Shown: positions 14,440-27,639, counted from the first letter of the stretch. The stretch: 64,000 bases of DNA from Hypanus sabinus (GCF_030144855.1 NC_082717.1:109492001-109556000), one strand, 5' to 3'. Notes: generated by a model from the sequence alone, not told the origin. Translations and numbers: made by a program.

Positions 14440-15100
14440 AGGACATGGGGATACAGTGAGTAATGGTCCTGGGAGAGTGTGGTGGAACAGAGAGACCAAG
14501 GTGTACACCATTCCATGTAAGTAGCAACACAGGTAGATAGGCAGTGAAGGATGTGTCTGGTATGTTGCCTTCATTGAGCAGGACATAGAGCACAAGAAAT
14601 GGGACATCCTGTCACAGCTTCAAAAGAGACCAGACCAGACCTAGAATATTGTCTGTAGTTCTGGTCATTGCACTATAGGAAGGATGTGATTAAGTTAAAG
14701 TGCAGAAAGGATTCACAAGGATTTTACTGGGACTGGAGGGCTTGATTTATATCAGGGAGAGGTTGGGTAGGCCAAGATATTTTCATGCTTGAGCGAATGA
14801 AACTGAGAGGTAATCATGGACGTTTATAATATTGAAGGGCCTAGATAAGTTGGATGGTCATGGTCTTTTTCTTAGGGTAGGAGAGTTTATAACTAGTGGG
14901 AATTGTTTAATAAGAGGGGGAAAATTGTTTGAAGGGCAATTGTATGGCTGTTACAATGTGGAGCAATCTACCACAGGAAGCAAATGCAGAAGCGATTACA
15001 GTGTTTAAAGGACATTACGACAGGTAAATAAATAGTAAGTTTTAGATATATGGGCAAAATGCAGGTAAATAGGGCGCACTCAAGAATGGCACCTTGCTCA
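14440..15100 (+). mobile_element. Old CR1 LINE 3' fragment
   Basis: Degenerate match to the 3' half of the CR1 at 16565-18233 (gtgaagg..tgttgccttcatt..gggactggaggg..). Confidence 0.65.
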
Positions 15101-15103
15101 GTA

Positions 15104-15420
15104 CCATAGAACATTACAGCACAGAAACAGGCCTTTTGGCCCATCTTGGCTGTGCCTAACCATTTTTCTGCCTCGTCCCACTGCCCTGCACCTGGACCTT
15201 ATCCCTCCATACACCTCTCATCCATGTACCTGTCTAAGTTTTTCTTAAATGTTAAAAGTGAGCCCACATTTCCCACTTCATCTGGCAGCTCATTCCACAC
15301 TCCCGCCACTCTGTGTGAAGAAGCCACCCCCCCCCATGATCCCTTTAAACTTTTCCCCTTTCCCCCTTAACCCATGTCCCTTTTTTTTCGCTCCCCTAAC
15401 CTCAGTGGAAAAAGCCTGCT
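15104..15420 (-). mobile_element. CR1-type LINE 3' end
   Basis: Starts ccatagaacattacagcacagaaacaggcc (reverse CR1 tail); ctcattccacactcccgccactctgtgtgaag is the reverse of the FFTQRVV..WN coding motif. Confidence 0.7.
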
Positions 15421-15693
15421 TGTATATCAATTTATGTCAATTGAAGTGATGTTGGTTGGGTTTCAGTGTGCATCTGGACCTTGATTGTGGTTTGCCTGCA
15501 ATCATTCTGCAACTTATTGATCTGACTGAGTAAAGAATGATTGATATTCTTCATGGAATTGCCAACACCTTTAGTCAGGAGAGGGGGAGCAAAGTAGTTT
15601 GTATAATGTTTTAATCTGTCTTAGATTGAATAATGACTGCAACATTGTATAAATATTTTCATCTTTATCTAACCTCTGAATATTACTTTGCAG

Positions 15694-15777
15694 TTGCACC
15701 AGATACAATTAATAACCATGTGAAAACCTGTAGAGAGGAACAGAAGAACCTGCACTTTTTTGCCCCAGAATATGGAG
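15694..15777 (+). CDS. NRBP1: NRBP1 internal coding exon (VAPDTINNHVKTCREEQKNLHFFAPEYG); upstream exons not found in window
   Basis: ttgcag| acceptor, |gtaagg donor; peptide recognised as NRBP1 pseudokinase activation segment/APE region. Confidence 0.97.
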
Positions 15778-16564
15778 GTAAGGAACAGATTACAAAATGA
15801 TTTAATCCACAAATCAGATTGGTTATTGATTTTAAATAGGGCAACTTCACTATTGCTTACAAACAGGATAGAGTTTTAAAAAGGATCTAGTGCTTGAGAA
15901 AGGATAGTTTGTTTCATTTTTGCATGCCATCTTCCAGTTTTTCTTGATTCTTGATTTTTTTTTGTAGAAAGTAGCATCCAAATAAGTAGGTCTTTATTTT
16001 GGCTGCATGTTGGATATACTCAATTTTAGATCTTGTCAGCTGCTTTTATTGCTGTTTTTCACTAGTACCAGAGTCAAGAGTATAGTATTCTTCCTATCCC
16101 CATTCTTATACACAGCTCATTAGTTAAAAATTGGGAGGGGGGCATTCAAAGAGAAAATACAAATTGATTTCATCCTTTACATTTTTTTTAAAAAGCTTTT
16201 CTTTCCTTATCAAACTTATCACAGTAAAAGTTCATCTCATAAATACAACTTTCTTATTACACACCTATTTTGCTGAAATCTGTTGTAGATTTTGATATGC
16301 CCTTTTTAAAGGGACACTTTCAAATTGATCATGTTTTACAAAGGAGGAAATACTGTATTTGTTGAATAGTGTTTGGGTTTACTCTGGCAAAGCCAGAGAA
16401 TCCAGACTTCCCGCTAGCCAGTTTTGCTGAACGAAGTTTTATCTATTTGCTGAAGTAGACCAGTGAATGATTCCAGCACAGTTTTACTTCAAACTTTATG
16501 GGCAAGGAGCATTATTTTGGCTGCTTTTTCAACTGAAAAGCCTTATATTGGATGAAATAAAAAT

Positions 16565-18233
16565 TCAGACACACCATAGGGCTAAGGACATAGGGTAACA
16601 GAGGAAATTAAACAGATTGACATTAGGAAGGAAACGGTGATGAGTAGACTGATGGGACTGAAGGCTGACATATCCCCAGGTCCAGATGGTCTGCATCCTA
16701 GGGTACTGAAGGAGGTGGCCCTGGAAATTGCGGATGTATTGGTAATCATTTTCCAATGTTCCTTAGATTCAGGATCAGTTCCTGAGGATTGGAGAATGGC
16801 TAATGTTATCCCACTTTTTAAGAAAGGAGGGAGGGAGAAAACAGAGAACTATCGACCTGTCAGCCTGACATCGGTGGTGGGGAAGATGCTAGAGTCCATT
16901 ATTAAAGATGAAATAGTGGCATATCTAGATAGCAGTGATAGGATTGGGCCGAGCCAGCATGGATTTACCAAAGGTAAATCATGCTTGACTAATCTGTTGG
17001 AGTTTTTCAAGGATGTAACCAGAAAGTTAGACGGGGAAGATCCAGTGGATGTAGTGTACCTCGATTTTCAGAAGACATTTGATAAGGTCCCAGATAGGAG
17101 ATTGGTGGGTAAAATCAAAGCTCAGGGCATCGGGGGGAAGACATTGACATGGATAGAAAACTGGTTGGCAGATAGAAAGCAAAGGGTAGCGGTGAATGGG
17201 TGTTTCTCGGAATGGCAAGTGGTGACTAGTGGGCTGCCACAGGGCTCGGTATTGGGACCACAGCTGTTTACAATTTACGTCAATGATTTGGATGAAGGCA
17301 TTGGAAATAACATCAGCAAATTTGCTGATAATACTAAGCTGGGTGACAGTGTGACGTGATGAGGATGTTAGGAGAATTCAGGGTGACTTGGATAGGCTGG
17401 GTGAGTGGGCAGATACTTGGCAGATGATGTTTAATGTGAATAAGTGTGAGGTTATCCACTTTGGGAGTAAGAACAGGAAGGCAGATTATTATCTGAACGG
17501 TGTAGAGTTAGGTAAGGGAGAAATGCAAAGAGATCTAGGAGTCCTTGTTCATCAGTCACTGAAGGTGAATGAGCAAGTGCAGCAGGCAGTGAAGAAGGCT
17601 AATGGAATGTTGGCCTTTATTACAAAGGGAATTGAGTACAAGAGCAAGGAAATCCTCTTGCATTTGTACAGAGCCCTGGTGAGACCACACCTGGAGTGTT
17701 GTATACAGTTTTGGTTGCCAGGGTTACATCCTGGCTGTAGAGGAGGTGCAGCGTAGATTCACGAGGTTAATTCCTGGGATGTCTGGACTGTCTTATGCAG
17801 AGAGGTTAGAGAGACTGGGCTTGTACACGCTGGAATTAAGGAGATTGAGAGGGGATCTGATTGAAACATATACGATTATTAAGGGATTGGACAAGATAGA
17901 GGCAGGAAATATGTTCCAGATGCTGGGAGAGTCCAGTACCAGAAGGCATGGTTTGAGAATAAGGGGTAGGTCATTTAGGACAGAGTTAAGGAAAAACTTC
18001 TTCTCCCAGAGAGTTGTGGGGGTATAGAATGCACTGCCTTGGAAGGCAGTGGAAGCCAATTCTCTGGATGCTTTCAAGAAGGAGCTAGATAGGTATCTTA
18101 TGGATAGGGGAAATCAAGGGATATGGGGTCAAGGCAGGAACCGGGTATTGATAATAGATGATCAGCCATGATCTCAAAATGGCGGTGCAGGCTCGAAGGG
18201 CCAAATGGTCTACTTCTGCACCTATTGTCTATA
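16565..18233 (+). mobile_element. Relatively young 5'-truncated CR1 LINE (RT domain)
   Basis: ORF 16637-17359 SPGPDGLHPRVLKE..NYRPVSLTS..QHGF..YLDFQKTFDKV..PQGSVLGP..FADNTK, continued in 17388-18027; CR1 tail ctacttctgcacctattgtctat; AAGGACAT at 16584-16591 and 18234-18241 may be a TSD or a coincidence. Confidence 0.95.
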
Positions 18234-18581
18234 AAGGACATGTTCAATATTGTCTTTCGGTGTATTACTAAACAATGTGGATAGCTACATTAGAACATCC
18301 TGCAATTACAATTTTAACTTGTGTAGTCTAGCTATACAATGTCCCTGATCATCTCCATTTTATTTTCCCCACATTCTCCTGAATCCCTGCCCCTCCAGTA
18401 TTCTATTCTAATTATTACTGTGTTCTTTGCCTTTTGCGTCTTTTAGTGCTACGTTGGATCTGGAGTAACAATTATTTTATCCTCCTTTACACCTGTGTAC
18501 AGGGAATAACTAAGCAATCTTGAATACTAATCTTTGAAGTGTATGGAATTTGTATTCTAATGCTGGTTATGTCTTTTATAG

Positions 18582-18640
18582 CTGTAACAAATGTGACTAC
18601 GGCTGTTGATATTTATTCATTTGGAATGTGTGCATTAGAG
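18582..18640 (+). CDS. NRBP1: NRBP1 exon (AVTNVTTAVDIYSFGMCALE)
   Basis: ttttatag| and |gtatgt; phase 1 start matches previous exon; kinase subdomain IX DIYSFG. Confidence 0.97.
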
Positions 18641-19224
18641 GTATGTTGTTATTATGTTTGAAAATTACATTTGAGGGAAGGGAGAAATTAAACGGAAATT
18701 TGTGATGCTTTAACTTTGTATTTTTGCCAAACAAAAACCCCTGAAGATTGTTTCCTGTTCCCTTGATCCTTCCAAATGGAACCTTGTTAAAAATGGTTCC
18801 TACCTTATATAGGAAATTTATATCTGTGCTGATGCAATATATTTTAATATAAAATGCAGCAATTTATTTTATCTTTAGCTGCCATCATTCATTTATAATT
18901 TTCACTTATAACTGTCCAATAACTATCTCAGCCTGAATAACATGTAGATTTCAGTCCATTATAAACTAAACAGCTTTTTCAAGTCACAGAGCAATTTCCT
19001 TTTGGCAGCTTGATGACGTCCAGTCACTCAAATCATTGTCATAGAAGCTTGCTCCCCAGCCCAATTTCTCCAAGCTGACCCTGCTGTCCATCTGTGCTAG
19101 TCTAATTTTCATGCATTTGGCTGATATCTCTCTAAAAGTTCCTGTTTATTAACCTGCCCAAATGTCTTTTAAATGTTGCAATTATGTCTGTTTACAGCTT
19201 CCTTTGGCAGCATGTTCCACATAT

Positions 19225-19590
19225 CAGAATTAGGTTTCATATCACTGGCATATGTTACTTTGTGGTAGCAGTACATGGCAGTACATTATAATAAATTATA
19301 ATTATGATAAGTATAAAAATTAAACGAGAATTTGTGTTCATGGGTTCAATGGCCAATCAAAGTCTATTGTTTTCAGGTGCCTATATCACCACCTTGATGG
19401 TAGCATTGAGAAGAGGGCATGGCTTGTGTGAGGGGAACCTTAATGATTGGAGCAACCTTTTGAGGATGTCCTGGATGCTGGGGAGGCTAGTGCCCATGGT
19501 GGAGCTGGCAGAGATTACAATTTTCTGCAGCATTTCTTGATCTTGTCTAGTGACCCCCTTCATACCAAACAGTGATGCAACCAGTTAGAA
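19225..19590 (-). mobile_element. Degenerate Rex1-like LINE 3' fragment
   Basis: Minus ORF QDQEMLQKIVISASSTMGTSLPSIQDI; atcagaattaggttt tail. Confidence 0.65.
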
Positions 19591-19828
19591 GCCAGTTAGT
19601 TACCCATCACAACTCTCTTGGTGGGGGGGGGGGGTTTATGCTTCAGGTACTTTTAAAGTTTCTTTCCTCATCTCACAAACTTGTGTCCTCTAGCTTTAGA
19701 CTCCCCTACCCTGGACTGTACCATCGTGGCTGATTGTTATCCCCCTCTCAACACCATTCTGCTGCCTTCTCCCAGTAATCTTTGATGCCCTGATTAATCA
19801 ATAATGCATCAATTTCGCTTTAAATATA

Positions 19829-21423
19829 CAGTGGCATGCAAAAGTTTGGGCACCCCTGGTCAAAATCTTTGTTACTGTGAATAGTTAAGTGAGTAGACGA
19901 TGAACTGATCTCCAAAAGTCATAAAGTTAAAGATGAAACATTCTTTTCAACATTTTAAGCAAGGTTAGTGTATTATTTTTGTTCTGTACATTTTAGAGTG
20001 TGGAGAAAAAGGAAAGGAGCATCATGCAAAAGTTTGGGTACCCCAAGAGATTTGAGCTCTCATAACTTTTACCAAGGGCTCAGCCCTTAATTAGCTTGTT
20101 AGGGCTATGGCTTGTTCACAGTCATCATTAAGAAAGGCTAGGTGATGCAAATTTCAATGCTTTATAGATACCCTGACTCCTCAAACTTTGTCCCCAACAA
20201 TAAGCAGCCATGGGCTCCTCTAAGCAGCTGCCTAGCACTCTGAAAATTAAAATAAATGATGCCCACAAAGCAGGAGAAGGCTATAAGAAGATAGCGAAGT
20301 GTTTTCAGGTAGCCATTTCCTCAGTTTGTAATGTAATTAAGAAATGACAGTTAACAGGAATGGTGGAGGTCAAGTTGAAGTCTGGAAAACCAAGAAAACT
20401 TTCCGAGAGAACTGCTTGTAGGATTGCTAGGAAGGCAAATCAAACCCCCGTTTGACTGCAAAAGATCTTCAGGAAGATTTAGCAGACTCTGGAGTGGTGG
20501 TGCACTGTTCTACTGTGCAATGACACTTGCACAAATATGACCTTAATGGAAGAGTCATCAGAAGAAAACCTTTCCTGCATCATCACCACAGAATTCAGCG
20601 TCAGAAGTTTGTAAGGAAACATCTAAACAAGCCTGATGCATTTTGGAAACAAGTCTTGTGGACTGATGAAGTTCAAATAGAACTTTATGGCCGCAATGAG
20701 CAAAGGTATGTTTGGAGAAAAAAAGGTGCAGAATTTCATGAAAAGAACACCTCTGTTAAGTACGGGGGTGGATCAATCATGCTTTGACTTTTTTGCAGCC
20801 ATTGGTATGGGGAACATTTCACTGGTAGAGGGAAGAATGAATAAATACCAGCAAATTCTGGAAGCACACATTTCACCATGTGTGAAAAAAAAAGCTGAAG
20901 ATGAAAAGAGGATTGCTTCTACAACAGGATAATGATCCTAAACACACCTCAAAATCCACAATGGACTACCTCAAGAGGAACAAGCTGAAGGTTTTGCCAT
21001 GTGGCCCTCACAGTCCCATCATCGAAAATCTGTGGATAGACCTCAAAAGAGCAGTGCATGAAAGATGGCCCAAGAATCTCACAGAACTGGAAGCCTTTTG
21101 TAAGGAAGAATGGGCGAAAATACCCCAAACAAGAATTGAAAGACTCTTAGCTGGCTACAAAAAGCGCTTACAAGCTGTGATACTTGCCAAAGGTGTTGCT
21201 AAGTACTGACCATGCAGGGTGCCCAAACTTTTGCTTCAGGCCCTTTTCCTTTTTTGTTATTTTGAAACTGTAAAAGATGGAAATAAGTAATCTTGCTTAA
21301 AATATTAAAGAAATGTATCATCTTTAACTTTATGCCTTTTGGAACTCAGGTCATCTTTTACTCGCTCAGCTATTCACAGTAACAGAAATTTTGACCTGGG
21401 TGCCCAACTTTTCCATGCCACTG
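19829..21423 (+). mobile_element. Full-length Tc1-like IR/DR transposon with disrupted transposase, nested in a minus-strand CR1 fragment
   Basis: TA|CAGTGGCATGCAAAAGTTTGGGCACCC ... GGGTGCCCAACTTTTCCATGCCACTG|TA; inner DRs near 20023 and 21217; transposase from ATG ~20210 (MGSSKQL), VLWTDE, QQDNDPKH, IENLW, with stops and frameshifts. Confidence 0.95.
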
Positions 21424-22124
21424 TACCCAGTGCTGTCTGTGGCAATGAATTCCACAGACTTGCCACCCTCTGGCTGAAGTAATTTTGAAACCATCTACCT
21501 TATAAAATCATGAGGGACATACATACCTCAATTGGTGAGGAATGGGAAATTCAGTTTGGGGGCAGCTAAACTTTTGAAGAAAACAACATTTATCTCAGAT
21601 GGCACTTTTGTCCACAAGAAACTCTCCCTTTAAAAATGAATTGATTCTGTTAAGTTCCAAACCACTTTCTAGTTTTCTTCTAAGCCATGTCTGATTTGAA
21701 CTTGGCCAGTGGAAATATCAAAGCCCAGTGGGCACAAATGAATGGATGATGAGTGAGCATTCCGTCAGCACTCAGTTTTATACTGCTTGCTAGATGTTTC
21801 AACGCTAACGTTTTTTAGAACAGCTGAAATAAGACTCACAATTTAACTTTTGGTCTTTAATCTTTTATACTAGCTGCTGCTGAAAGAAATAGGAAAACTT
21901 ATGCTAGTGTGATCTTGGAATATGATCAGGTTATGATATTGCTGTTTATTGGGAGATGTGCCTTTTATGGGAGTATACTTGTGATTTATTGCTGTTAATT
22001 TGAAGGAAATTAGGGAGATGAACAAATAGTCGTAAATAGTTTTTGCATTAGTGCTTTAGTTTCAACTAATTGAAGTAGACCGTCCAATTTGGCTGAATTC
22101 ATCAGTCACTCTTTGCTCTTCTAG

Positions 22125-22223
22125 ATGGCAGTATTGGAGATCCAGGGTAATGGAGACTCATCCTATGTGTCACAAGAAGCAATCAATAATGCAATTCAGT
22201 TACTTGAAGACACTCTACAAAGA
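22125..22223 (+). CDS. NRBP1: NRBP1 exon (MAVLEIQGNGDSSYVSQEAINNAIQLLEDTLQR)
   Basis: ttctag| and |gtatgt; phase 0-0; 99 bp. Confidence 0.97.
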
Positions 22224-23456
22224 GTATGTATTGCCGTATTTTACTGAATTTAAGCACAACATTCATTCACTCAGTTGTGAGCCATGCATTTTGTTTGTAG
22301 TTTCATCAGACCACATTTCAATTAGGCTACGTGAAAACTCATCTGCATGAGTGATTTGTGATGGTACTGAACTTTACTTTTGCTAATACGACTAGATGTC
22401 AGTGATGGAATCAGGTGGTTTCAGATTTTAGATTTCCACTTCATTTAAATTAACTAATTTTTTTTGTAAGTGTATTATTATGTTGGTTAAAATGTGTGGA
22501 AGGATGTAAAGTGTTCTTCAGCAAGTTCTTACTTAACATGGAGACATGCATTTCTAAGGCAAGGTGCAGTTGTTTGTGAATTTAATATCACACAGCCAGT
22601 CATTAACACCTTCTGAATAGAGTTGGCATCGTGGATGCCCGTCAACTCTTTTCTCACCTGGATTCTCCTGCCATACCCTACACTTAGTCAGTTAATCAAC
22701 CAGCATGGCTTTGGCACCATGAGGAAACCGGAGTACCCAGGAGAAACGTTATGAGGGAATGTGACAGCACCCAAGGTCAGGATCAAACCTGGGTCTTTAA
22801 AGCTGTGAGATGGCAATGCCAACTGCTGTGACATTTTTCCACTCAAAATTTAATTTGGATTACTTGATTCAAAAGAATATAATTATGATATGTTAGTAAA
22901 AGACACATTTTATGATGTATTTAAAATTTGTATATTTCCTGTATTATGTTCATTCCTTTTCATTATTGATCAGACCACCACCCCACTTTGAGAAGTGTTA
23001 ATTGAGTACTTCTATTAAGCTACTTTGAGTACAGCTTTCTCATTTAAGTTCTTCTTGGCCATGACTGTTTCCAAGGTACTGGGACTTTATTGGCTATAAC
23101 TTTTCAGCCACGGGTTGAGGACATGGTTGATATTATCTGACTCATTTTATAGCATGCACTTGGCAGAAATCTGTTTAGTGAGTTTGAAATAGATTAGATC
23201 AGTGATTTATGTTGCAGATCTATGGAAACAATTGGATATTCGCCATAATCTAATTTAAAACAACTATTTGGATATACTGTTTTTGAGGGTGGGGTATTTT
23301 CAAGTGTTCATTCATAAGGATTTGGTTAAATACTATAGGTAGGAACTTTTCATCTGCTTTACAAGTGCACTAGGGCTTTTTTTTTTGAGTGATTGAGCAG
23401 TGTTGCTTGGTGAAGCTTTTTTTAATTTAGTGTGTATGACATTTCCATTAAAGATA

Positions 23457-25048
23457 CAGTGCCTATGAAAAGTATTTGCTCTCTTCTCCCCCACCCCCGG
23501 AAGTTGTGTTTTATTGTTTTACAACATTGAATTACGCACTGGATTTAATTTGACTTTTTTGACACTGTGCAACACAAAAAGTGAAAACAGATCTCTTTGA
23601 ACCGATCTAAATTAATTACAAATGTAAAGAACAGTAGTTGATTGCGTTGGTATTCATCCCCATTTAATATGGCAACCAGATCATCACTGGTGCAGCCAGT
23701 TGGGTTTAGATGTCACAAAATTAGATAAATGGAGATTTGGTTTTGAAGACCCATGTGCAGACAAGTTGTTTCAATTGACTGTAGTAAAAATACAGTTGTA
23801 TCTGGAAGGTCTAACTTCTGGTGAGTAGGTACCTTGGCAAAAACTACACCATGAAGACAAAAGAACACTCCAAGCAGCTCCATGAAAAGGTTATTGAAAA
23901 ACACAAGTAAGGAGATGAATACAAGAAGATTTCCAAGTCACTGAATACCCCTTGGAGTACAGTTGAGTCAATCATCAAGAAATGTAAAGAAGATGGCAGC
24001 AGTCTTCAAAAATTGAGTGATCGTGCAAGAAGGGTGAAAAGTGACGTAGGCCACCAAGTGACCTATGTCAGCTTTAGAGGAGTTACAAGCTTAAATGGCT
24101 GAGAAAGGAGAGACTGTGCATACAATTGTTACCCTGGTGCTTCACGAGTTGAAGCTTTATGGCGGAGTGGCAAAGAGAAAGCCACTAATGGGGGGGGGGG
24201 GGGGAGGAAGAATCTCACATGAAATGTAAGCTAGAGTTTGCCAGAAGGCCTGTGGGAGACCCTCAAATCAGCTGGAAGAGGGTTCTGTGGTTTGATGAAA
24301 TCAAAATTAAGCTTTTTGGCCATCAGACTAAACACTATATTTGGTGTAAGCCACACATCATCAAAAACACATCATCCCTACCCTGAAGCATGGTGGTGGC
24401 AGCATCATTCTGTGGGGATGCTTCACTGCAGCAGACCCTGGTAGAGGGTAAAATGAATGCAGTAAAAAATTCTGGAGTAAAACCTGATGCAGTGTGCAAG
24501 AGAATTGTGACTTGGGAAATTTGTTTTCCAGCAACACAGTGACCTCAGTATAAAGGCAAAACTACACAGGAAAGGCTTATAAACAACAGTGTTAATGTCC
24601 TGGATTGGCGAAGTCCGAGTGCAAACCTCAATCCAATTGACAATTTGTGGCTGGACTTGAAAAGGGCTGTTCACTCAAGATCCCAATTCAATCTGACAGA
24701 GCTTGAGCAGTTTTATAAAGATGAATGGGGAAAAATTGCAGTGTCCAGATTTGCAAAGCTGATAGAGACCCTTCCACACAGAGTCAAGGCTGTAATTGCT
24801 GCCAAAGGTGCATCCACTAAATATTCACTGGGGGGGGGGGGGGGTGAATACTTGTGCAATTAATTATTTTGTGTTTTATATTTGTAATGAATTTAGATCA
24901 CTGTGGAGAGATCTGTTCTCACTTTGACACAAGTCTTTTTTCTTTGATCAGCGTCAAAAAGCCAAATTAAATCCTCTGTGATTCAATGTTGCAAAATATA
25001 AAACATGAAAGCTTCCAAGGAGGGGGGGGATACCTTTTATAGGCACTG
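23457..25048 (+). mobile_element. Tc1/mariner transposon, Passport-like, near full length, defective
   Basis: TA|CAGTGCCTATGAAAAGTAT ... ATACCTTTTATAGGCACTG|TA; transposase MKTKEHSKQL.. from 23851; LWLDLKRAVH..AAKGASTKY. Confidence 0.93.
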
Positions 25049-25497
25049 TAGCTGATGTAGAAGCATTTGGATGCTTTAAGACAATACTTGATACTGTATT
25101 ATTTTAAAAATTGTTAGGTATGATCATGAGTCAGTGGAGTGGCTGTTGTGTGCATAAACTTTGACTGTTATACTGGAGGTAATCAGAGTATAGATGATCA
25201 GTCATTACAGTACATGTACACAAAATAAAAATCCAATCCCATTGCTGCTTGAACTGTTTGAAATGTTACTCTGAAACACAAGGTAGAATTTAATCAGCGT
25301 AGTAGAATTGTTTAAGATAAAAAGACTGAACAATGGGAATTGTTACTTTATGCCAAATGTATAGTCCAAAGTTGAGGGTGTACTTACTGAATTAGAGCAC
25401 TTATTCATAATATGCTCCTAGTGGTAAGAAGCTAGTATAATAGGCCACTGAATATCAGTGGTTTAAATGCACTTTCTCTTGACTCCTTTCATGACAG

Positions 25498-25630
25498 GAA
25501 TTTATTCAAAAATGTTTGGAGGTTGATCCTGTTAAACGTCCCACTGCCCGAGAACTACTTTTTCACCCAGCTCTATTTGAAGTACCTTCATTAAAGTTGT
25601 TAGCAGCACATTGTATTGTCAGTCATCCTC
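25498..25630 (+). CDS. NRBP1: NRBP1 exon (EFIQKCLEVDPVKRPTARELLFHPALFEVPSLKLLAAHCIVSHP), end of pseudokinase domain plus BC-box-like SLKLLAAHCI
   Basis: atgacag| and |gtaagt; phase 0-1. Confidence 0.97.
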
Positions 25631-27188
25631 GTAAGTACTTATGTAAATTTAAATGATCATCTTTGATTCATGTAACACTTTTATTCTGCACTGAATTCTA
25701 AAATTTAGAAATTGAACTAAAGACAGAATATGCTAAAAATAAGCAGATCAAGTAATGAAGAAAATGATAAATGTTTTGAGTTGATATATCAAATGTGACT
25801 TGATCTTGTTGTGAAACATTAATTTGCAGTAGAATTCAAAATGCTTCTTTACAACTTAAAGGCCTGTAACCCTCTTTGTTTTCATTGAGCTTGGTTTGTG
25901 TGCCATATCTTGCAAGAGAAGAATTGAGATAGTTGTTATTTGCTCAGTATCCACATTTACAAACTTTATTTGGCTAATTCTCTTTGCATTTGCTGGGATT
26001 TCAAAATCCACTCCTTCTCTGCCTGAATTAACTTTTTTATTACTCAGCATGTTAGACAGCATCTGTGGAGGGAAGTGAACAGTCAACATTTTGGGTCGTG
26101 ACCTTAACCTGGACTGGAAGGAGAGGGGGGAGGTGGCCGCCTCTTTAAAGTAGAAGGTGAAGGGAAAGTTTAGAGCGAGAGCTGGTAGCTGATGGGGGAT
26201 ATGAGAGTGCTTTGTATACTAAAGTAGACAGTCACAGTGCATCCTTCGTGCATTTACTTTCATCTTTGCGTTATACATCCATGAAAGTCATGAATGTAAA
26301 ATAAGCTTGTTGCTTTTGTTTCTTCTAAACATATTTAAGAGTTTGCAAAGTCTTCATAGTGAAATCTGGATTGGAAAAATATTGGCTATTAGTCCCATAA
26401 GTGACTTCATTGCATTTGTTTCTCATCGTCATCCGAACCACTCCCTCAGCTTGGTCTCCTGACCATAGACAATCTTCTTGTTCTTAGACTGTCATTAATG
26501 GAGACATTCCTTCATCATTCTAGCTTCCTTTTCCTTACCTTACCCTGCCCCCCCCCCCCAAATATTAATATCTTAATCCTTCTAATGGCTGTTAGGTCAC
26601 ACTTTTATTTGTGTGTGGTTACAGTACCTTTTGCACATTTCTGTAGCCTCTAGTCTTATCAGCTGATTTATTCTTTGTTCTTACATTCTCCTTTCCTTTC
26701 AGTCTGGTTATTATTTCCTAAGTTAACACTTGGAATCATAGAACATTGCAGCACAGAAACAGGCCCTTCAGACCATCTAGTCTGGTGAACTATTAATCAG
26801 CTGGTCCTTGATCCTATCCTTCACTACTCCTTCACAACCTTGGTCCCTTGGCCCATTTACTTAGTTTCCTGGTTTTGAAGCTAGCTGCATCATTGACCCT
26901 AGAAATATTCAGACGTAGGCTACCCCAACTGTACTGCTTCCACTTTGCCATGTGGGGGTCCTGGTGCCCCATGAGCCATGCAATTTCTCAAGTACTCCTT
27001 GATTTTGTCACCTTTCTGAAAGGAGTTTTACTTGAATGGCACTGTCTTTATATCTTGTGACTTCTTTAAAGAAAAGCTGTTTGCTTTTGTTTAATTAAAT
27101 TTACTGTTGGACCAGTTTCTTTGCTATATTGAAATGGATTTCAAATCATTGGCTGAATATGATTTTAATGCAGTTTTCTCATTCGTAG

Positions 27189-27291
27189 ATATGATTCCTG
27201 AAAATGCTTTGGAAGAAATAACAAAAAACATGGACATGACTGCAGTTCTAGCTGAGATTTTCCACCGTGATGCAGAAGGGGTACAGATCAG
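27189..27291 (+). CDS. NRBP1: NRBP1 exon (HMIPENALEEITKNMDMTAVLAEIFHRDAEGVQIR)
   Basis: ttcgtag| and |gtatgt; phase 1-2. Confidence 0.95.
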
Positions 27292-27452
27292 GTATGTAGT
27301 TCTAACAGATTTTCCACCATGATGCAGGAGTACAGATCAGGTTTGTAATTCTAACAGAGATTTTCCACTGTGATGCAGAAGGTTTATAGATCAGGTGTAT
27401 AGTTCTAACAGAGATTTTCCAGCATGATGCAGAAGGAGTACAGATCGGGTAG
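27242..27452 (+). repeat. Four ~50-55-bp tandem copies of the NRBP1 exon 3' end plus its 5' splice site
   Basis: gttcta(gc/ac)..gattttcca..tgatgcag..tacagatcag|gt repeated four times; first copy is coding. Confidence 0.9.
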
Positions 27453-27639
27453 GCAGGTACAACCAACGTTTTTTATCCCTACTGAAAAGAGCTAAGCTAA
27501 TTTGATATTTTGACCCATATTTTGATATTGCTGCTAACAATCAGCAAGAAGAACTCTGGGTCAAGCAGCAAGCTCCATTGCGGAGTTTCAACCCCGAATG
27601 TTGACAGTTCCTTTCCTCCCACACTTAAATTTATTTAGG

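Noticed and set aside
16637-18027. CR1 RT ORF as an active or domesticated gene
   Set aside because: 5'-truncated, frameshifted, and the catalytic motif reads FADN rather than FADD.
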